Shown piece by piece: positions 26,225 to 39,512 of a stretch of 64,000 nt of DNA. Position 1 is the first letter of the stretch; each line of letters opens with the position of its first letter. Source of the DNA: Octopus vulgaris (lineage: Eukaryota). Under the pieces are notes generated by a model. The model had not been told where the DNA came from. It made no database searches and worked only from the letters and a program-made list of their open reading frames with translations. Where the stretch lies: NCBI GenBank assembly GCA_951406725.2, contig OX597816.1, positions 39,556,001 through 39,620,000 of the forward strand. The letters are read 5' to 3'. Made by a program: the position numbers and the translations under genes.

Positions 26225-27289
26225 GAAAAGCAGAGTGGTTCTTGACGGAAACTGAATTCAGAACGGGTTGTAACTAAATGCTGAAAGTAGATTTGTTCGA
26301 CGCGCTGACGATTCCAGCAATCCACGTAACATATTTTAGGTATTGAGGACACTAAAAGTACTTACTGAAACAGTGGTTAACTAGTGCGAGGAAAGCTATA
26401 AAAACATTATATGCTGGCCTTATATTTCAATAAAATCTTTTTATTTTTCTTTCCAGATAATCTCCTCTTTTCTTTCAATTGCTGTTCTTTCTGTTGAATG
26501 TTATGCTGGCGTTTTCTTATCTTCACATTTAACATTTATTGTTTTGTGCTGAAAACTAAAATAAAACAAAATATATGAAGTTAGCAAAAACCGAAATGTA
26601 TTGCCTTTGAGATTAGAACTCAGATATGTTAGATAAACATATCATTCAGAAGTGTGGGAGGGATATGACACTTGCACATGGTGTCTGTTCCTGAAGCCTG
26701 TTCAGAGTATTGATATGATACTGTTGAAGAGAATAAAGAAAGACTTCACGCTGGGGTAAGTTGTTTTGTAGCTTTTAAAGAATTCTAGCAATGTGTCAGA
26801 GCAGATCTGTTACAATATTTGATAAATTTCACAAGGGGAAAAAGGCAAACTATATTGTGAAGCCATTACATGTGCCTTATCTTAAATTGGTTATTTACAC
26901 AGTAGTTCAAATTTGGTGTGGTTTCAACCACCTTCATGATTGAAATTGCTTGCTTTCTCTTTAGAATTATGTGCTTTATCTTTGAGTTAAATGTTCAACT
27001 TTGGCGCAGTTTAATCCACAAACTGGGACTGAACTAGTTTCATCCCTGGTTCTTTGGAGTCAAATTTGATGAAGTTGACTAGTTAACGAACACTGTAAAA
27101 ATCTCGAGTATTAGAGAAAGGGAAGTGGAAAAACAATATGGCAAATGAAATAGGTTCATCAAGGAAATAAACAAGGTCGCATATTATATGACAGGAATAA
27201 GTAATAGAAGCGCAGGAATGGCTTATTTGAAAATTAGAAATAGTTGTAATAGTAGCGGCAATGACACTGGTTTTGAATCTCTGATCGTC

Positions 27290-27490
27290 GTCCTCGGAGA
27301 TCAGGGTATCTCTTTCGGTCGAGTCGCTATTTCACTGCATTGAGAGGCCACAACTCTGGCACTACGGATATGTAATTAGATTGTCGCAGGAAAAAAATTG
27401 CGGGATGGATTCTCCAAGTCCAGCCAACCTGCAGGAAACCTAGGGGTAGGCTAAGAACAAGATGGTTGGATAATATTGTCCTGTACTTTT
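27290..27490 (+). pseudogene. Decayed RTE-like LINE C-terminal fragment
   Basis: Reads IERPQLWHYGYVIRL...RKPRGRLRTRWLDNI, like the RTE QLRWYGHV..RGRPRTRW motif. Confidence 0.55.
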
Positions 27491-28247
27491 CCAGGTTTAT
27501 AATATTAAGGATTTTATTTCTCTTACTCGCATTTTCCCATGTAATCCCATGTTTTTTCCAGGCTATGCTATTATACTAATTAATGATGTGTCAAATGTGT
27601 CAATTAGCGATGTCGCTGATAATTTTTTCCTTAGCTCAATGACGCCGGTGTCATATATTAAAAGTCCCCTCATAGAACTATATTCATAAAAGGTATAAAA
27701 CTATATCATCACCCTCAAATTTGAGAAACTAACACTCATAACATTTTTCTTTTAAAACTTCATTGCATGAGATTGATACCATGAAATTCCTCAAATTGAG
27801 CTCTATCATTTAAGCTTAATTAAAATATAGATTGTTTTTATTATAAAAAGTTAATAATACTTAGATTTAATTTTTTGCCGTATATATTTTTTCATGATAT
27901 TTTATCTCAGAACTTTTTTGGTATAAATTTTTGTTGCATGGGAACAAAACTATGAAATTCTTTATGCTTTCTTCTCTCATTGAAGCTAAGATAAATATAT
28001 TTTGCTTTTCAAAAAAAAAAAAAAAAAAAGTTATTTAGATCTAAACAATGAATAACTCTTGGAACGTATGAGTGATTGTAAATAGATAAATACATAAAAA
28101 TGAAGAGATAGACGAAGATAGGCTATATATGAAATAGAGCAAAAACGTAAGTGGGTTTTTGAAATAATATTATGTTGTGTTGTCAAACTTAGGTATTCGT
28201 CTATCAAGCTGCATTACAGTTTCTTTTATAGGCATAGAGGTTACAGT

Positions 28248-28632
28248 GTGGAGGTGCAATGGCCCAGTGGTTAGGGCAGCGGACTTGCGGTCGTAGGTTC
28301 GCGGTTTCGATTCCCAGACCGGGCGTTGTGAGTGTTTATTGAGCGAAAGCACCTAAAAGCTCCACGAGGCTCCGGCAGGGGATGGTGGTGATCCCTGCTG
28401 TACTCTTTCACCACAACTTTCTCTCACTCTTACTTCCTGTTTCTGTTATACCTGTATTTCAAAGAGCCGGCCTTGTCACTCTCTGTGTCACGCTGAATAT
28501 CCCCGAGAACTACGTTAAGGGTGCACGTGTCTGTGGAGTGCTCAGCCACTTACACGTTAATTTCACGAGCAGGCTGTTCCGTTGAGTCGGATCAACCGGA
28601 ACCCTCATCGTCGTAACCGACGGAGTGCTTCC
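28248..28632 (+). mobile_element. SINE family C, tail type i, 12-bp TSD
   Basis: Near-identical to 23976-24367. AGAGGTTACAGT on both sides. Confidence 0.9.
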
Positions 28633-28644
28633 CCAGAGGTTACA

Positions 28645-29671
28645 GTATCAATTTCCAGCTGTTCTTTTAGTTCACGACACGCATTCAGTTGTGATTGCTT
28701 TTGGTCTTCCGTGAACAAGTGCAACACAAATTTCGCTGCAACTCTTATCATTCGCTATTCCTGCCTCAAAAATTCGTTGGCAGCAGCTGCAGGACACACC
28801 AGTCATATCAGCCGGTTCGTCAATTATTCGGTGACGTCAATTATTCGGTGACGTCAATTATTCGGTAGGAGTGGCTGTGTGGTAAGTAGCTTGCTTACGA
28901 ACCACATGGTTTCGGGTTCAGTCCCACTGCGTGGCACCTTGGGCAAGTGTCTTCTACTGTAGCCTTGGGCCAACCAAAGTCTTGTGAGTGGATTTGGTAG
29001 ACGGAAACTGAAAGAAGCCCGTCGTATATGTGTACATGTATGTATATGTGTATGTGTGTATGTATGCTTGTGTGTCTGTGTTTGTCCCCCCAGCATCGCT
29101 GGACAACCGATGCTGGTGTGTTTACGTCCCCGTAACTTAGCGGCTCGGCAAAAGATACCGATGGAATAAGTACTAGGCTTACACAGAATAAGTCCTGAGG
29201 TCGATGTGCTCGACTAAAGGCGGTGCTCCCTCATGGCCACAGTCAAATGACTGAAACAAGTAAAGGAGTATGTGTTCATTTGTTCGAGAGGTCGACGGTC
29301 CCCCTGAACGAGGTTGGTCTTCAAGTGACAAATGATCATTCCTAAAGCGCGAAAACCATTCGTAAACTTGCGTGTAGCTCATGGCAGCGTCCTTGTAAGC
29401 TGTTTGAAGCATGACAACTGTTTCGGCCGCCGTTTTTCCCAGAAGAAAGCAGAATTTCACGGAAGCACGCTGTTCCTTCGCTTCAGCCATCGCAAAAATC
29501 GACGAAATACGAGAAAAGCACTACAAAACAAAGATGCACAACGTGGCAATACGACCTCACTCGCCAGTCAGCAACTGATGCCTGAGGGTCGCATCAAGTG
29601 GCTGCTAGTGTAGAAGCCTGAACTACAACTGGCTTGTTCTACATAGAACGTTACTTTTGGGTACCTCCTCG

Positions 29672-29672
<1 letters not shown>
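28645..29672 (-). mobile_element. mariner remnant interrupted by a SINE
   Basis: ORF 29179-29490 reads EQRASVKFCFLLGKTAAET...VYEWFSRF...EDQPRSGGP. It resumes at 28645-28860 as RVAAKFV.HL.TEDQK. TIR-like end TACGAGGAGGTACCCAAAAGT at about 29643-29673. Confidence 0.8.
28866..29268 (+). mobile_element. SINE family A inserted in mariner
   Basis: Matches 676-1090. Confidence 0.9.
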
Positions 29673-29716
<44 letters not shown>

Positions 29717-29719
29717 TTT

Positions 29720-29905
29720 CCGCCCTTTTCAAGCTTAGCCATGCTCATGGGCCCAGTTTCCCGGTTTCTTTGGTGTATGTGTTCCCCCCAGCTGGACAGG
29801 ACGCCAGTCCATCGCAGCGTTACCCAAGAAACAGGAAGAGAGAGTGAGCGAAAGTTGTAGCGAAAGAGTACCACCCCTGCCGGAGCCTCGTGGAGCTTTT
29901 GGGTG
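29720..29905 (-). mobile_element. SINE family C fragment, tail ii
   Basis: Matches 25327-25520. Confidence 0.8.
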
Positions 29906-30036
29906 ATCATTTTTGTCGAACCTCTAAGTTACGGGAACGTAAACACACTAACACCGGTTGTCAAGCAGTAGTGGCGGACAGAGAGGGATAAAGGCACACA
30001 CTCAGACACACACACACATCCACGTACACATACACT

Positions 30037-30080
<44 letters not shown>

Positions 30081-30182
30081 GAAGGTGAATGAAAAGGTAA
30101 TGTAATTTTCATCATAAGAGGCGTAGTATTTAATGAAATTATTCAGTATTTAGTATAGATGTAAAGGCACATATAGCTGCAA

Positions 30183-30268
<86 letters not shown>

Positions 30269-30362
30269 AACAAACAACAACAACAACTGAACAAGTGTTA
30301 ACAATGATAAAGATTTAGACTACAGATATATTTGGAGATGGGCTGTCTGAATTAAAATTTCG

Positions 30363-30611
30363 GCAATTTCAACCAATCAATGACGTCCATTGAGGTAAAC
30401 AACATTCTGTGCCGTATGAATATGTCCCTCGTTTAAGAAACAGATTGGGTTTATTTACATTTGTGAAGAAAAAAAGATACCCTTCCTCCCACCCCTAACC
30501 CTAACCCTAAAACAGATTAAAATGCAATAGATCGATACTAGGGTCATAATTATGGGTGACAATTTCATATGACACCGCTAGAAAAAACTGCCGTTCAAAC
30601 CGAAAAGATCC
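30363..30611 (-). mobile_element. Truncated Merlin-like MITE, inverted
   Basis: Reverse complement of the left about 250 bp of 15495-15917. Confidence 0.8.
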
Positions 30612-30982
30612 CCGTTTTCTAATACTCGCTGTTGCCCAAAATACTCGCTGCAAGTCAAAATGAATTGGGAAATTCAAGCATAGCACACATGCTTCGTGGC
30701 TGTCTGTTGACTTTGAAAGATAGCATCAGAACTTGGAATTAACCATGACAGTATTCAAAACTAGAAATATCACATTTCTAAATGTCTCAAAGAGACATGA
30801 GCGGTGGTGGAGCAATAGAGTGGTTGTATACTGTCAACATAACGTGACAGTCCCGTAAGGGAATTACATCACCGCTGTTTAGTCCTAGGAGGCATCGACA
30901 CTTCCTGTCGGCTTTGACACATTTCCTGTGTCATTATATTTGTGAAGGGGAGGCAAGTACCCCCACCAGCTAGGACTAGCAA

Positions 30983-31029
30983 CCTGAGGACATGCATGTT
31001 TCTGGGTCTTAATCCGTCATCAGCCCAGG
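30983..31029 (-). ncRNA. Type I HHR, canonical core
   Basis: Minus strand CCTGGG-CTGATGA-CGGATTAAGACCCA-GAAAC-ATGCAT-GTC-CTCAGG. Confidence 0.8.
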
Positions 31030-31045
31030 ATAGTGAGATCTACTG

Positions 31046-31091
31046 CTGGGCTGATAACGGGTTAAGACCCAGAAACATGCATGTCCTCAGG
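31046..31091 (+). ncRNA. Type I HHR with an uncompensated G8A change
   Basis: CTGGG-CTGATAA-CGGGTTAAGACCCA-GAAAC-ATGCAT-GTC-CTCAG. Confidence 0.7.
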
Positions 31092-31530
31092 TGTGAATCC
31101 TAGCTGGTGGGGGTGCTTGCCTCCCCTTCACAAATATAAGGACACAGGAAATGTGTCGAAACCGACAGGAAGCGTCGATGCTTCCTAGGGCTAAACAGCG
31201 GTGAGGTAATTCCCTTACAGGACTGTCACGTTATGCTGACAGTATACAACCACTCTAGTATTCAAAACGTTATTGAGTTATTTGGATATTCAAAAGTTTG
31301 TGTTCGCTAGGTACCAAAACAACAGATAGACGAGCCCTGGACTGAAAGAGTTAACGAGTGCACTGAAAACCTTGAACTCAGTGAAACAAACACCTTCTTT
31401 CAAAGGGTCATAAATGGTGACGAAACTGGATTCATCATTACGGACCACGTTGTTGATAAGCAATCTTCTGACCACACAACCACGCTAATGCTGTCCATAC
31501 ACATGGGCAACAGCGTGTATTAGAAAACGG

Positions 31531-31948
31531 GGATCTTTTCGGTTTGAACGGCAGTTTTTTCTAGCGGTGTCATTTGAAATTGTCACCCATAATTATGACC
31601 CTAGTATCGATCTATTGCATTTCAATCTGTTTTAGGGTTAGGGTTAGGGGTGGGGGGAAGGGTATCTTTTTTTCTTCACAAATGTAAATAAACCCAATTT
31701 GTTTCTTAAACGAGGGACATATTCATACGGCACAGAATGTTGTTTACCTCAATGGACGTCATTGATTGGTTGAAATTGCAGAAATTGCAGAAAAAAAACA
31801 ACAAATATCTTACAAACTATAGAATTTTCTCAATAAAGCCAAGAGAAAAAGATGTTTTTATAAACACATTCTACCAGTATACGAAGTTTAAAATTTTTTA
31901 GTTACCTAGAAATTATGTTAAAAACTGCCGTTCAAACTGAAAAGATCC
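31531..31948. mobile_element. Merlin-like MITE, full copy without matching TSD
   Basis: Near-identical to 15495-15917, both TIRs present. Confidence 0.8.
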
Positions 31949-32353
31949 ATGTTTTTCATCATAAATAACCAACACCAAATATCAGCAGTGAATATTTCAG
32001 TTAAATGTTCGTGACAGGAAAAGACAGGAAAACTACAGGTTTTAAGCCTTTCATTGTGGAATTTTATGTGAATATATCTTGTTTATTTTGTACAGCCCCC
32101 TCCCCCAACATAAATATACGTCGACCTGATATGTTTTATAGTTTGTTGACCACTCCTCTGAAGACAATTTGCCAACACTTTTCTGCCTACCGAAGAGAGC
32201 GCATAACAAGTTGCAATTTATATCAATAACAAACTAGAACTCAGCTATAATATTGAGGCTAATTTACGTATTTGTTGGCGGCATGATTAAATAGCAAATA
32301 AATATTTGTGCGCTACACAATGTGTATCAGAAAAGCTAAGATAAATTTAATCT

Positions 32354-33006
32354 AGGCGCAGGAGTGGCTGTGTGGTAAGTAGCTTGCTAACCAACCACAT
32401 GGTTCCGGGTTCAGTCCCACTGCGTGGCATCTTGGGCAAGTGTCTTCTGCTATAGCCCCGGGCCGACCAATGCCTTGTGAGTGGATTTGGTAGACGGAAA
32501 CTGAAAGAAGCCTGTCGTATATATGTATATATATATATGTGTGAATGTGTGTGTTTGTGTGTCTGTGTTCGTCCCCCTAGCATTGCTTGACAGCCGATGC
32601 TGGTGTGTTTACGTCCCCGTCACTTAGCGGTTCGGCAAAAGAGACCGATAGAATAAGTACTGGGCTTACAAAGAATAAGTCCCGGGGTCGATTTGCTCGA
32701 CTAAAGGCGGTGCTCCAGCATGGCCGCAGTCAAATGACTGAAACAAGTAAAAAGAGTAAAAAGAAAAGAGTAAAGTATATGTATGTATGTATGTATGTAT
32801 GTATATATGATTTTATTCTTTTACTTGTTTCAGTCATTTGACTGCGACCATGCTGGAGCACCGCCTTTCGTCGAGCGACCAGGTCTTATTCTTTGTAAGG
32901 CCTAGTACTAATTCTATCGATCTGTTTTGCCGAATCGGTAAGTTACGGGGACATAAACACACCAGCATCAGTTGCCAAGCGATGTTGGGGGAACAAACAC
33001 AGACAC

Positions 33007-33057
<51 letters not shown>

Positions 33058-33078
33058 TACATACATACATACATACAT

Positions 33079-33113
<35 letters not shown>

Positions 33114-33286
33114 GATATATATATATACATACATATATACGACGAGCTTCTTTCAGTTTCCGTCTATCAAATCTACTCACAATGCTATAGTAGAAGACAC
33201 TTGCCCAAGGTGCCACGCAGTGGGACTGGACCCGGAACAATGTGATTGGAAAGCAAGCTACTTACCACGCAGCCACTCCTGCGCCT
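32354..33286. mobile_element. Tail-to-tail pair of family A SINEs (32354-32775 +, 32812-33286 -)
   Basis: Both match the family A consensus. Confidence 0.9.
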
Positions 33287-33325
33287 GCATATATAGTTTG
33301 TTGACCACTCCTCCGAAGACAATTA

Positions 33326-33379
<54 letters not shown>

Positions 33380-33380
<1 letters not shown>

Positions 33381-34330
33381 AAAAATATTGTTGATAGTGA
33401 CTTCGAAGTTTCAGCCAGTTAAGTCATCGTTGGGCTTCGATGCTTTGAAGTTAATCTTGCCTTTATATAGTCTCTTTTGAGTTAAAATCCATCTTGGATT
33501 TGAGTGTTTGACTAGAGTGGTAATTAGGTTTCTGGAGTGGGTTGTTATAGAGAGATGTTTTGATGAAACTTTTATTAATTAAATTTAGGGTTATACTATT
33601 GTTTAGAATTTATTCATGATTGTGGGCAGGTGTTTGTCTTTTGTTAGGTAGGCACCGGATATGTTGGTTTTATTAAATTTAATCCTTTGTTTTGATAATG
33701 TAAAGGTCAATAGTACAAGGTCTAGTACTTAAGCTCTTAATAATTGGGTGTGTCAATCTTTTTTTTTTCACAAAAGAGTGTAAGTAGGAGTTAAGTTTCG
33801 GTCAATCAGTTCTTTTTACTTGTTGTTATTTGGGGTATTTCTTGTTTTCATTTGAAGATAGGAGTTATTAGTCAGATATGTCATGGTGTTGTTAGTATAG
33901 AAAATTATTTCTCTGGTGCTTTGATGTTCACGAATGCATTTGGGTATATGTATGACTGTGTGTTACTCTCTCGATGTTCAGTGTCCTATCAACAATTTGA
34001 ATAGTATATAGAGATTTTAACCCTTGTGTTTTATGGAGATAGAGCTTGATTGCTGTTTGTTTATAAATATTTCGGATCTAGTCAAACTGATTCGCAAAAT
34101 ATGCATTTTTAAAAAGGAAGTGAAAAATTTGAAAATCGGCTATAATAATGTAGTTTTCCAGTCTTATTGTTATGAAGGTATCATGTTGTGGAGACAAAAT
34201 TGGAGGAAAAAGTTACAGAGGTTTAAGAATCGAATAAACTGTAGCCAAATTTTCTGCGTTTAGCGGAGTGGTGTCAACTTTAAGGTTGTATCCTATGAAA
34301 TTTATAGTTTAGCGTCTGTGAAGTGACCTG
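33380..34330 (-). pseudogene. Possible heavily decayed Penelope-like ORF end (GIY-YIG)
   Basis: Strand-skewed segment starting at (TA)n. Minus strand near 33920-34010 has YTI, a degraded YIGE-like stretch and KCIREHQ. Confidence 0.3.
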
Positions 34331-35388
34331 TTCATTGTAGGTTTCTTAATAAACAGAAATACCTAATAAAATGAACATGTATCTTCTTACTGTTTCTGTT
34401 GTCTCTTCATTGATTGTACGTTATTATCATTTAAAAAAAATTGTTATATTAATATATTTGTCTGCATGTCTTTACTTTATGCGTATTTCAGTATTATGTA
34501 TACCTGCCATGTATTTGTATTAAAGGAAAGGAAATTAAAAAATTAATAAACAAACAACTGGAAGCGATACTTATCGTAAAAGGTACAGTCCAAACCCGTG
34601 GGCTAAATTTCAGTTAAGCTGTTGAAATGTGAAGCTAACGGCTTAAGAAATACTGCTAATTTAAATGTTTATGAATAATTTAAATGTTTATTATCCTAGT
34701 GAAATCATAAATCCAGCTGAGTCAATGAATCTCTGAAGCTTGGCAATACTGAGTCGATGAGTCACCAATGCTTTGTTAGTACTGTGTTTGAAGTACAGGT
34801 GTGCGGTTGTGTACTAAGTTCACATTCCATTCACCTTCATAACGCCAAGAAACTGCATAAACATCGCAAACAACTTTTGCTATATATGAAAAATATGCAG
34901 AATATTAAGACAATTGACGAAAAATATCTATAATAAAATTCTAATTGATAAAAATAAATTTTTTATTAAAACAAAACACGCGGGTGAAGTAAATCTCGTG
35001 GTGTGAAACATCAACACAACATGCGGGTGAAGTGAAACACAACACAACGTGCGGTTGTCATGGTAACAAGCTGTTAATGCCACGCTGTCTGTTGGTTGGC
35101 TAAAATTACCCAAATATCCCAACTTTAGTTTTAAATAACATAAAATTTTTAATTTACGAAGTAATTGGTTGATCGTAATCAAAATTCAGAGTTGCTTCGA
35201 TACACCAAAATTGAAAGCAATCTGAGAAAAATTAAAGGGATGGGGATGGGGGTGGGGGGCATTTTGCGAATGAAACTAACCAGATCCAATATGTCTTCAG
35301 TTCTGTTGTAGATGGATGGGAGAGTCATGGAAGGTTTGTATATATTCATGTATAAAAATGGGAATAAAAATAAAAATAAACATTTAAT

Positions 35389-35436
<48 letters not shown>

Positions 35437-35891
35437 GAGTCTTCCACTTTGCTTGTATACAGATATATACTTTTTATGTGTGCATGTTGGTTTGTGTGGT
35501 TACATTAAAAAATCTTTTTGGAGATTTTGGTTGGCGATAGGAAAACTTCTAGTCATTTTCTAGAGTAATTTCTTAGTGTAAAGCTGTTTTTTTGTTGATA
35601 TTGTGGGAAGAGTTTGTGGTGTAGGTTGATGGAGGGGAGTTGATGAGATATTAACAGGTTTAGCCATTAGAAAAGATTTTGGGTTTAAAGTGTTTTAGTG
35701 TTTGTAAGATTTTGTGCTTGCACGAAGAGAAAAGTCCGTTTAAATTCAGAATTTAGTCTGTAACTCAGAGTTACAACTGTGATGTTGTTGGTAAAACATG
35801 TTCTTTGTCTATCTCCTTATCCTCTTGGTGATTTTGGACAAAAAAAATTATACAAATGAGTCCTTCGAATTTAACTAAATTCTACATTTTT

Positions 35892-35980
35892 ATGCAGCTG
35901 AGGATTGCTCTACATTTTAAATTGATGTAATGTTTGCATTGTTCAATTAAATGGAGTCGCATGAAACGATCGTACTGCAT
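35892..35980 (+). ncRNA. Type I HHR, canonical core, long stem II
   Basis: Stem I ATGCAG/CTGCAT. CTGAGGA 35898-35904. Stem II base TGC/GCA. GAAAC-GATC-GTA 35963-35974. Confidence 0.8.
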
Positions 35981-36126
35981 TACCTCTGGATATCCTTGTT
36001 GCTTATTTTGATTATAATCAAATTATTTTAAATTATATGGATAATACCATACTAAATTCTGGTGCCTTCAACTTAAGTACCATATTCATCTGAATCTAAA
36101 TTTTACTGAACTTATATATATATATA

Positions 36127-36639
36127 TCTATATATATAAAACTGTAGTTGTGTGAGTGTCTGTCCCCTTCGATTTAGATTCCTAACTACTCCCACATTTT
36201 GCGGTGCAGTTTAACCAAATTCGGGTATCTTATAGTCGTGATTCATATCGAGCCCGTCTGAGTATTAGCGCGCGTCTACGATGAGTCTACGATTTTAAAA
36301 ATAATTTAACATAATTTTTTATTCCATTTTAATGCATAATTTTTCGTGTGTCGATGGCGGCGGAGTTGGCGTCCATGGTCACACTTGCACCTGTTTGCTT
36401 CTCCCCCTTCTTCCCTCCCTCGTGAAGCTGTGGGGAAGGGAGTGTAAGGAAATCAACGTCGTAAAGCGTTGTCAAGGAGACCAGCGTTCTTTTAGAACAA
36501 CGACTTCATGGCTTGAAGACACCAAAACAGAAATGGCTAAGAAAGCCCGAATTGGCATCTATAAGGGAAGTAACTCTCTAAAAATGCTTATATAGTTATT
36601 TCCCTCACAAACCCGAGCAACGCCGGGCGATACTGCTAG
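36127..36639 (+). mobile_element. Non-autonomous Helitron
   Basis: A|TC start, subterminal hairpin CCCGAGCAACGCCGGG, CTAG|T end, no TSD. Confidence 0.8.
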
Positions 36640-36673
<34 letters not shown>

Positions 36674-38515
36674 CAATGACCCGCAAAATTTTACAACACA
36701 GTCAAAAATCCAAGTTTACATATAGTGAGTTAACGCACGTTAATGAAACTTCTACCCTTTATGAAGTTTTTTGTAATAAATTCAATGCAACAAGTAGAAT
36801 TACATAATAATGAATGGAAAAAAAATTATATGGAAAAAAGTTGAAATTCAAAACGTAAAAGTTTACAACACATTTCTACAATCAAATCACTATTTAGTTG
36901 CATAACCCTTGTTGATGATGATGAGAGCTTGCAGTCTCCTAAATACTTTTTAAATGTGATGGGCTTATTTTACCCATTCTTTTACACAAATTCTTTTCAG
37001 TTCTTGTAACGGTTTGTTTTTGAACTCTGAGTTTCAATTCTTTCTTCAAATTTTCGATTGCATTAAGGTCCGGAGATTGACTTGGACTTTCCAGAACATT
37101 AATCCCGTTTGTTTTCAGCCAACTTTTGGTCAGCTTTGCTGTGTGCTTTGAATCATTATTCTGTGGAAAGGCTTATCCTTGCTCCAAGTTTTGGAAGCGA
37201 GCATTAGGTATTACACATCTCTCTAAAATCCCCTTATATTTTTTGCCATCTATTGTTTCTTCGAATATTTCCATTCTTCCAACACCTGATGAGCAAAAAC
37301 AAGCTCTTACCATTACTGATCCACCTCCGAATTTGACTGTAGGGATAATATTCTTTGACGCGTATTCCGTGTCATTCTTTCTACAAACCTTGTTGATCGA
37401 ATTTCTGCGGAAAAAACTCGATCTTGCTTTCGTCAGACCAAAGTACGTTTTTCCATTATGTTGCCGGTTCATTTAGATGTGTTTTTTCAAAGGCCAAACG
37501 AGCTTTGACATGACGTTTCGCAAACAATGAGGTCTTGGAGAACAAGAAAAGAGATCATAACGATGAAGTGATCTACTAATTGTATCTTTTCTCACATGTA
37601 CTTCACATGTTTCCAGGTCTTCCTGCAGCTCCTTGAGTGTGTTTGTGTTCTATTACTAGCTGTTCTTGTAAGCTTTCTTGCTGTAGCTCTGCTAACTTAC
37701 GTGAGCAACCGGAGCGGACTAGAGGGAGAATGGAATTGCGAGATTTACAGTTACGTATTATTGTACCTGTGGAGGCGCGTGGCTTAGTGGTTAGGGTGTC
37801 AGCATCATGATCGTAAGATTGTGGTTTCGATTCCTGGACCGGGCGATGCGTTGTGTTCTTGAGCAAAATACTTCATTTCACGTTGCTCCAATCCACTCAG
37901 CTGGCAAAAATGAGTAACGCTGCGATGGACTGGCGTCCCGTCCAGCTGGGGAACACATACGCCATAGAAATCAGGAAACTGGGCCCATGAGCCTGGCGAG
38001 GCTTTAAAAGGGCACATTTATTTATTTATTTATTTATTATTTTACCTACTGAACTCAGGAGCACATTAAACTGTGCAGAGATCTTTCTGTGCCCACTGCC
38101 ACTCTTATGAAGATTAACTATATACCCATGGAGGTGTGGACTAATTTATTCTTACCCATGATGATGATGATGTTCACTCTACAGTGATTCTGTCAGAACT
38201 GATGTAGTGGCTATAAATACTCACAAACGAAACTTCCTGAACCTTCTAGAACACTGTAGGTATTCTGGAAAAAAATTTATTCAAAATATCTGGAAAATTA
38301 TTCAATTGAGTTAAACGTGTTGTAAACTTTTGCGTTTCGAATTTCAGTTCTATTATATAAGAATTTTTTTCCGTTCATTGTTTTGTAATTCTGCTTGTTG
38401 CATTGAATTTATTACAAAAACCTTCATATATGTAGGAAATTTCATTAACCTGCGTTAACTCAATATATGTAAATTTGGATTTTTGATTGTGTGTTGTAAA
38501 CTTTTGCGAGTACTG
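36674..38515 (-). mobile_element. Tc1-like transposon, decayed, long TIRs
   Basis: TA-flanked inverted ends with internal repeats. Minus strand has [21 protein letters not shown] and SQSPDLN.IE motifs. Confidence 0.88.
37769..38040 (+). mobile_element. SINE family D (CORE-like, tail ii) inserted in Tc1
   Basis: tRNA head, core TTGTGTTCTTGAGCAA..ACTTCATTTCAC, (TTTA)n tail. Confidence 0.85.
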
Positions 38516-38557
38516 TAAACGTTTATATATGTATATAAGTCTCTCTTTCTTTCTTTA

Positions 38558-38645
<88 letters not shown>

Positions 38646-38647
<2 letters not shown>

Positions 38648-38988
38648 AGCTGGGGGGAACACATGCGCCACAGAAACAGGGAAACGTCGCCCTTTTCAAG
38701 TATAGCCAGGCTCATGGGCCCGGTTTCCCTGTTTCTGTGGCGCATGTGTTCCCCCCAGCTGGATGGGACGCCAGTCCATTGCAGCGTTACTCAAGAAGCA
38801 GGAAAGAGAGAGTGAAAGAAAGTTGTGGCGAAAGAGTACAACAGGGGTCACCACCATCTCCTGCCGGAACTTCGTGGAGCTAAGGTGTTTTTGCTCAATA
38901 AACACACACAACGCCCGGTCTGGGAATAGAAACCGCGATCCTCCGACCACGAATCCGCTGCCCTAACCACTGGGCCATTGCGCCTCCA
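38646..38988 (-). mobile_element. SINE family C, tail ii, with a short inverted tail fragment
   Basis: 38646-38684 is the reverse complement of about 38723-38762. Confidence 0.85.
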
Positions 38989-39472
38989 CATATATATATA
39001 TATATAAATATGCGCGCGCGCATATAGACATATATATGCGCGCCCGAGCGTCTCTGTATATATGTATGTATAAATATCACTAGTTGTTTTGCAATATTCT
39101 TGATGGAAAAATCATATGCTGAAACCGATGTGGTATCTTAGGAGGGTCATTTGGCCTATATGAAACACGCGAATCGGTCTCTTTTGCTGCTTTTTATTAT
39201 TATGAAACAGCTAGTTTACTAATTAACCAAATGGTTAATCAAATAACTTGGTTAATTTTTCGATCAGGCCTGAAGGAATGAGAGCGTGTCATTGATGAAG
39301 TCACGAATGGCATCGAAAGGACTCTGCTAAATCAAGTGATTAAGAAGCAATCGATTAATTAGATGTTAATTAGTTAACTAGCTGCGTAATAATTTAAAAA
39401 AAGAGAAGTGAAATTGAGCCAGCACATATGTTTTATTGTAAAAATGACCTTCCCAAAATACAAGAACGCACA

Positions 39473-39512
<40 letters not shown>

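Larger units (their letters stand above)
30762..31256. mobile_element. Fold-back HHR element with a 12-bp TSD
   Basis: AGTATTCAAAAC at 30750-30761 and 31257-31268. About 55-bp tail plus about 210-bp inverted arms (30816-31028 / 31046-31257). Confidence 0.85.
30690..31446 (+). pseudogene. mariner transposase remnant split by an HHR element
   Basis: Removing the insert and one TSD gives IASELGINHDSIQN|VIELFGYSKVCVR*VPK...FFQRVINGDET. Confidence 0.7.

Noticed and set aside
26457-26755. Candidate exon (TTTCCAG ... GGG|GTAAGT)
   Set aside because: No sustained open frame or homology seen, and such signals occur by chance in AT-rich DNA.
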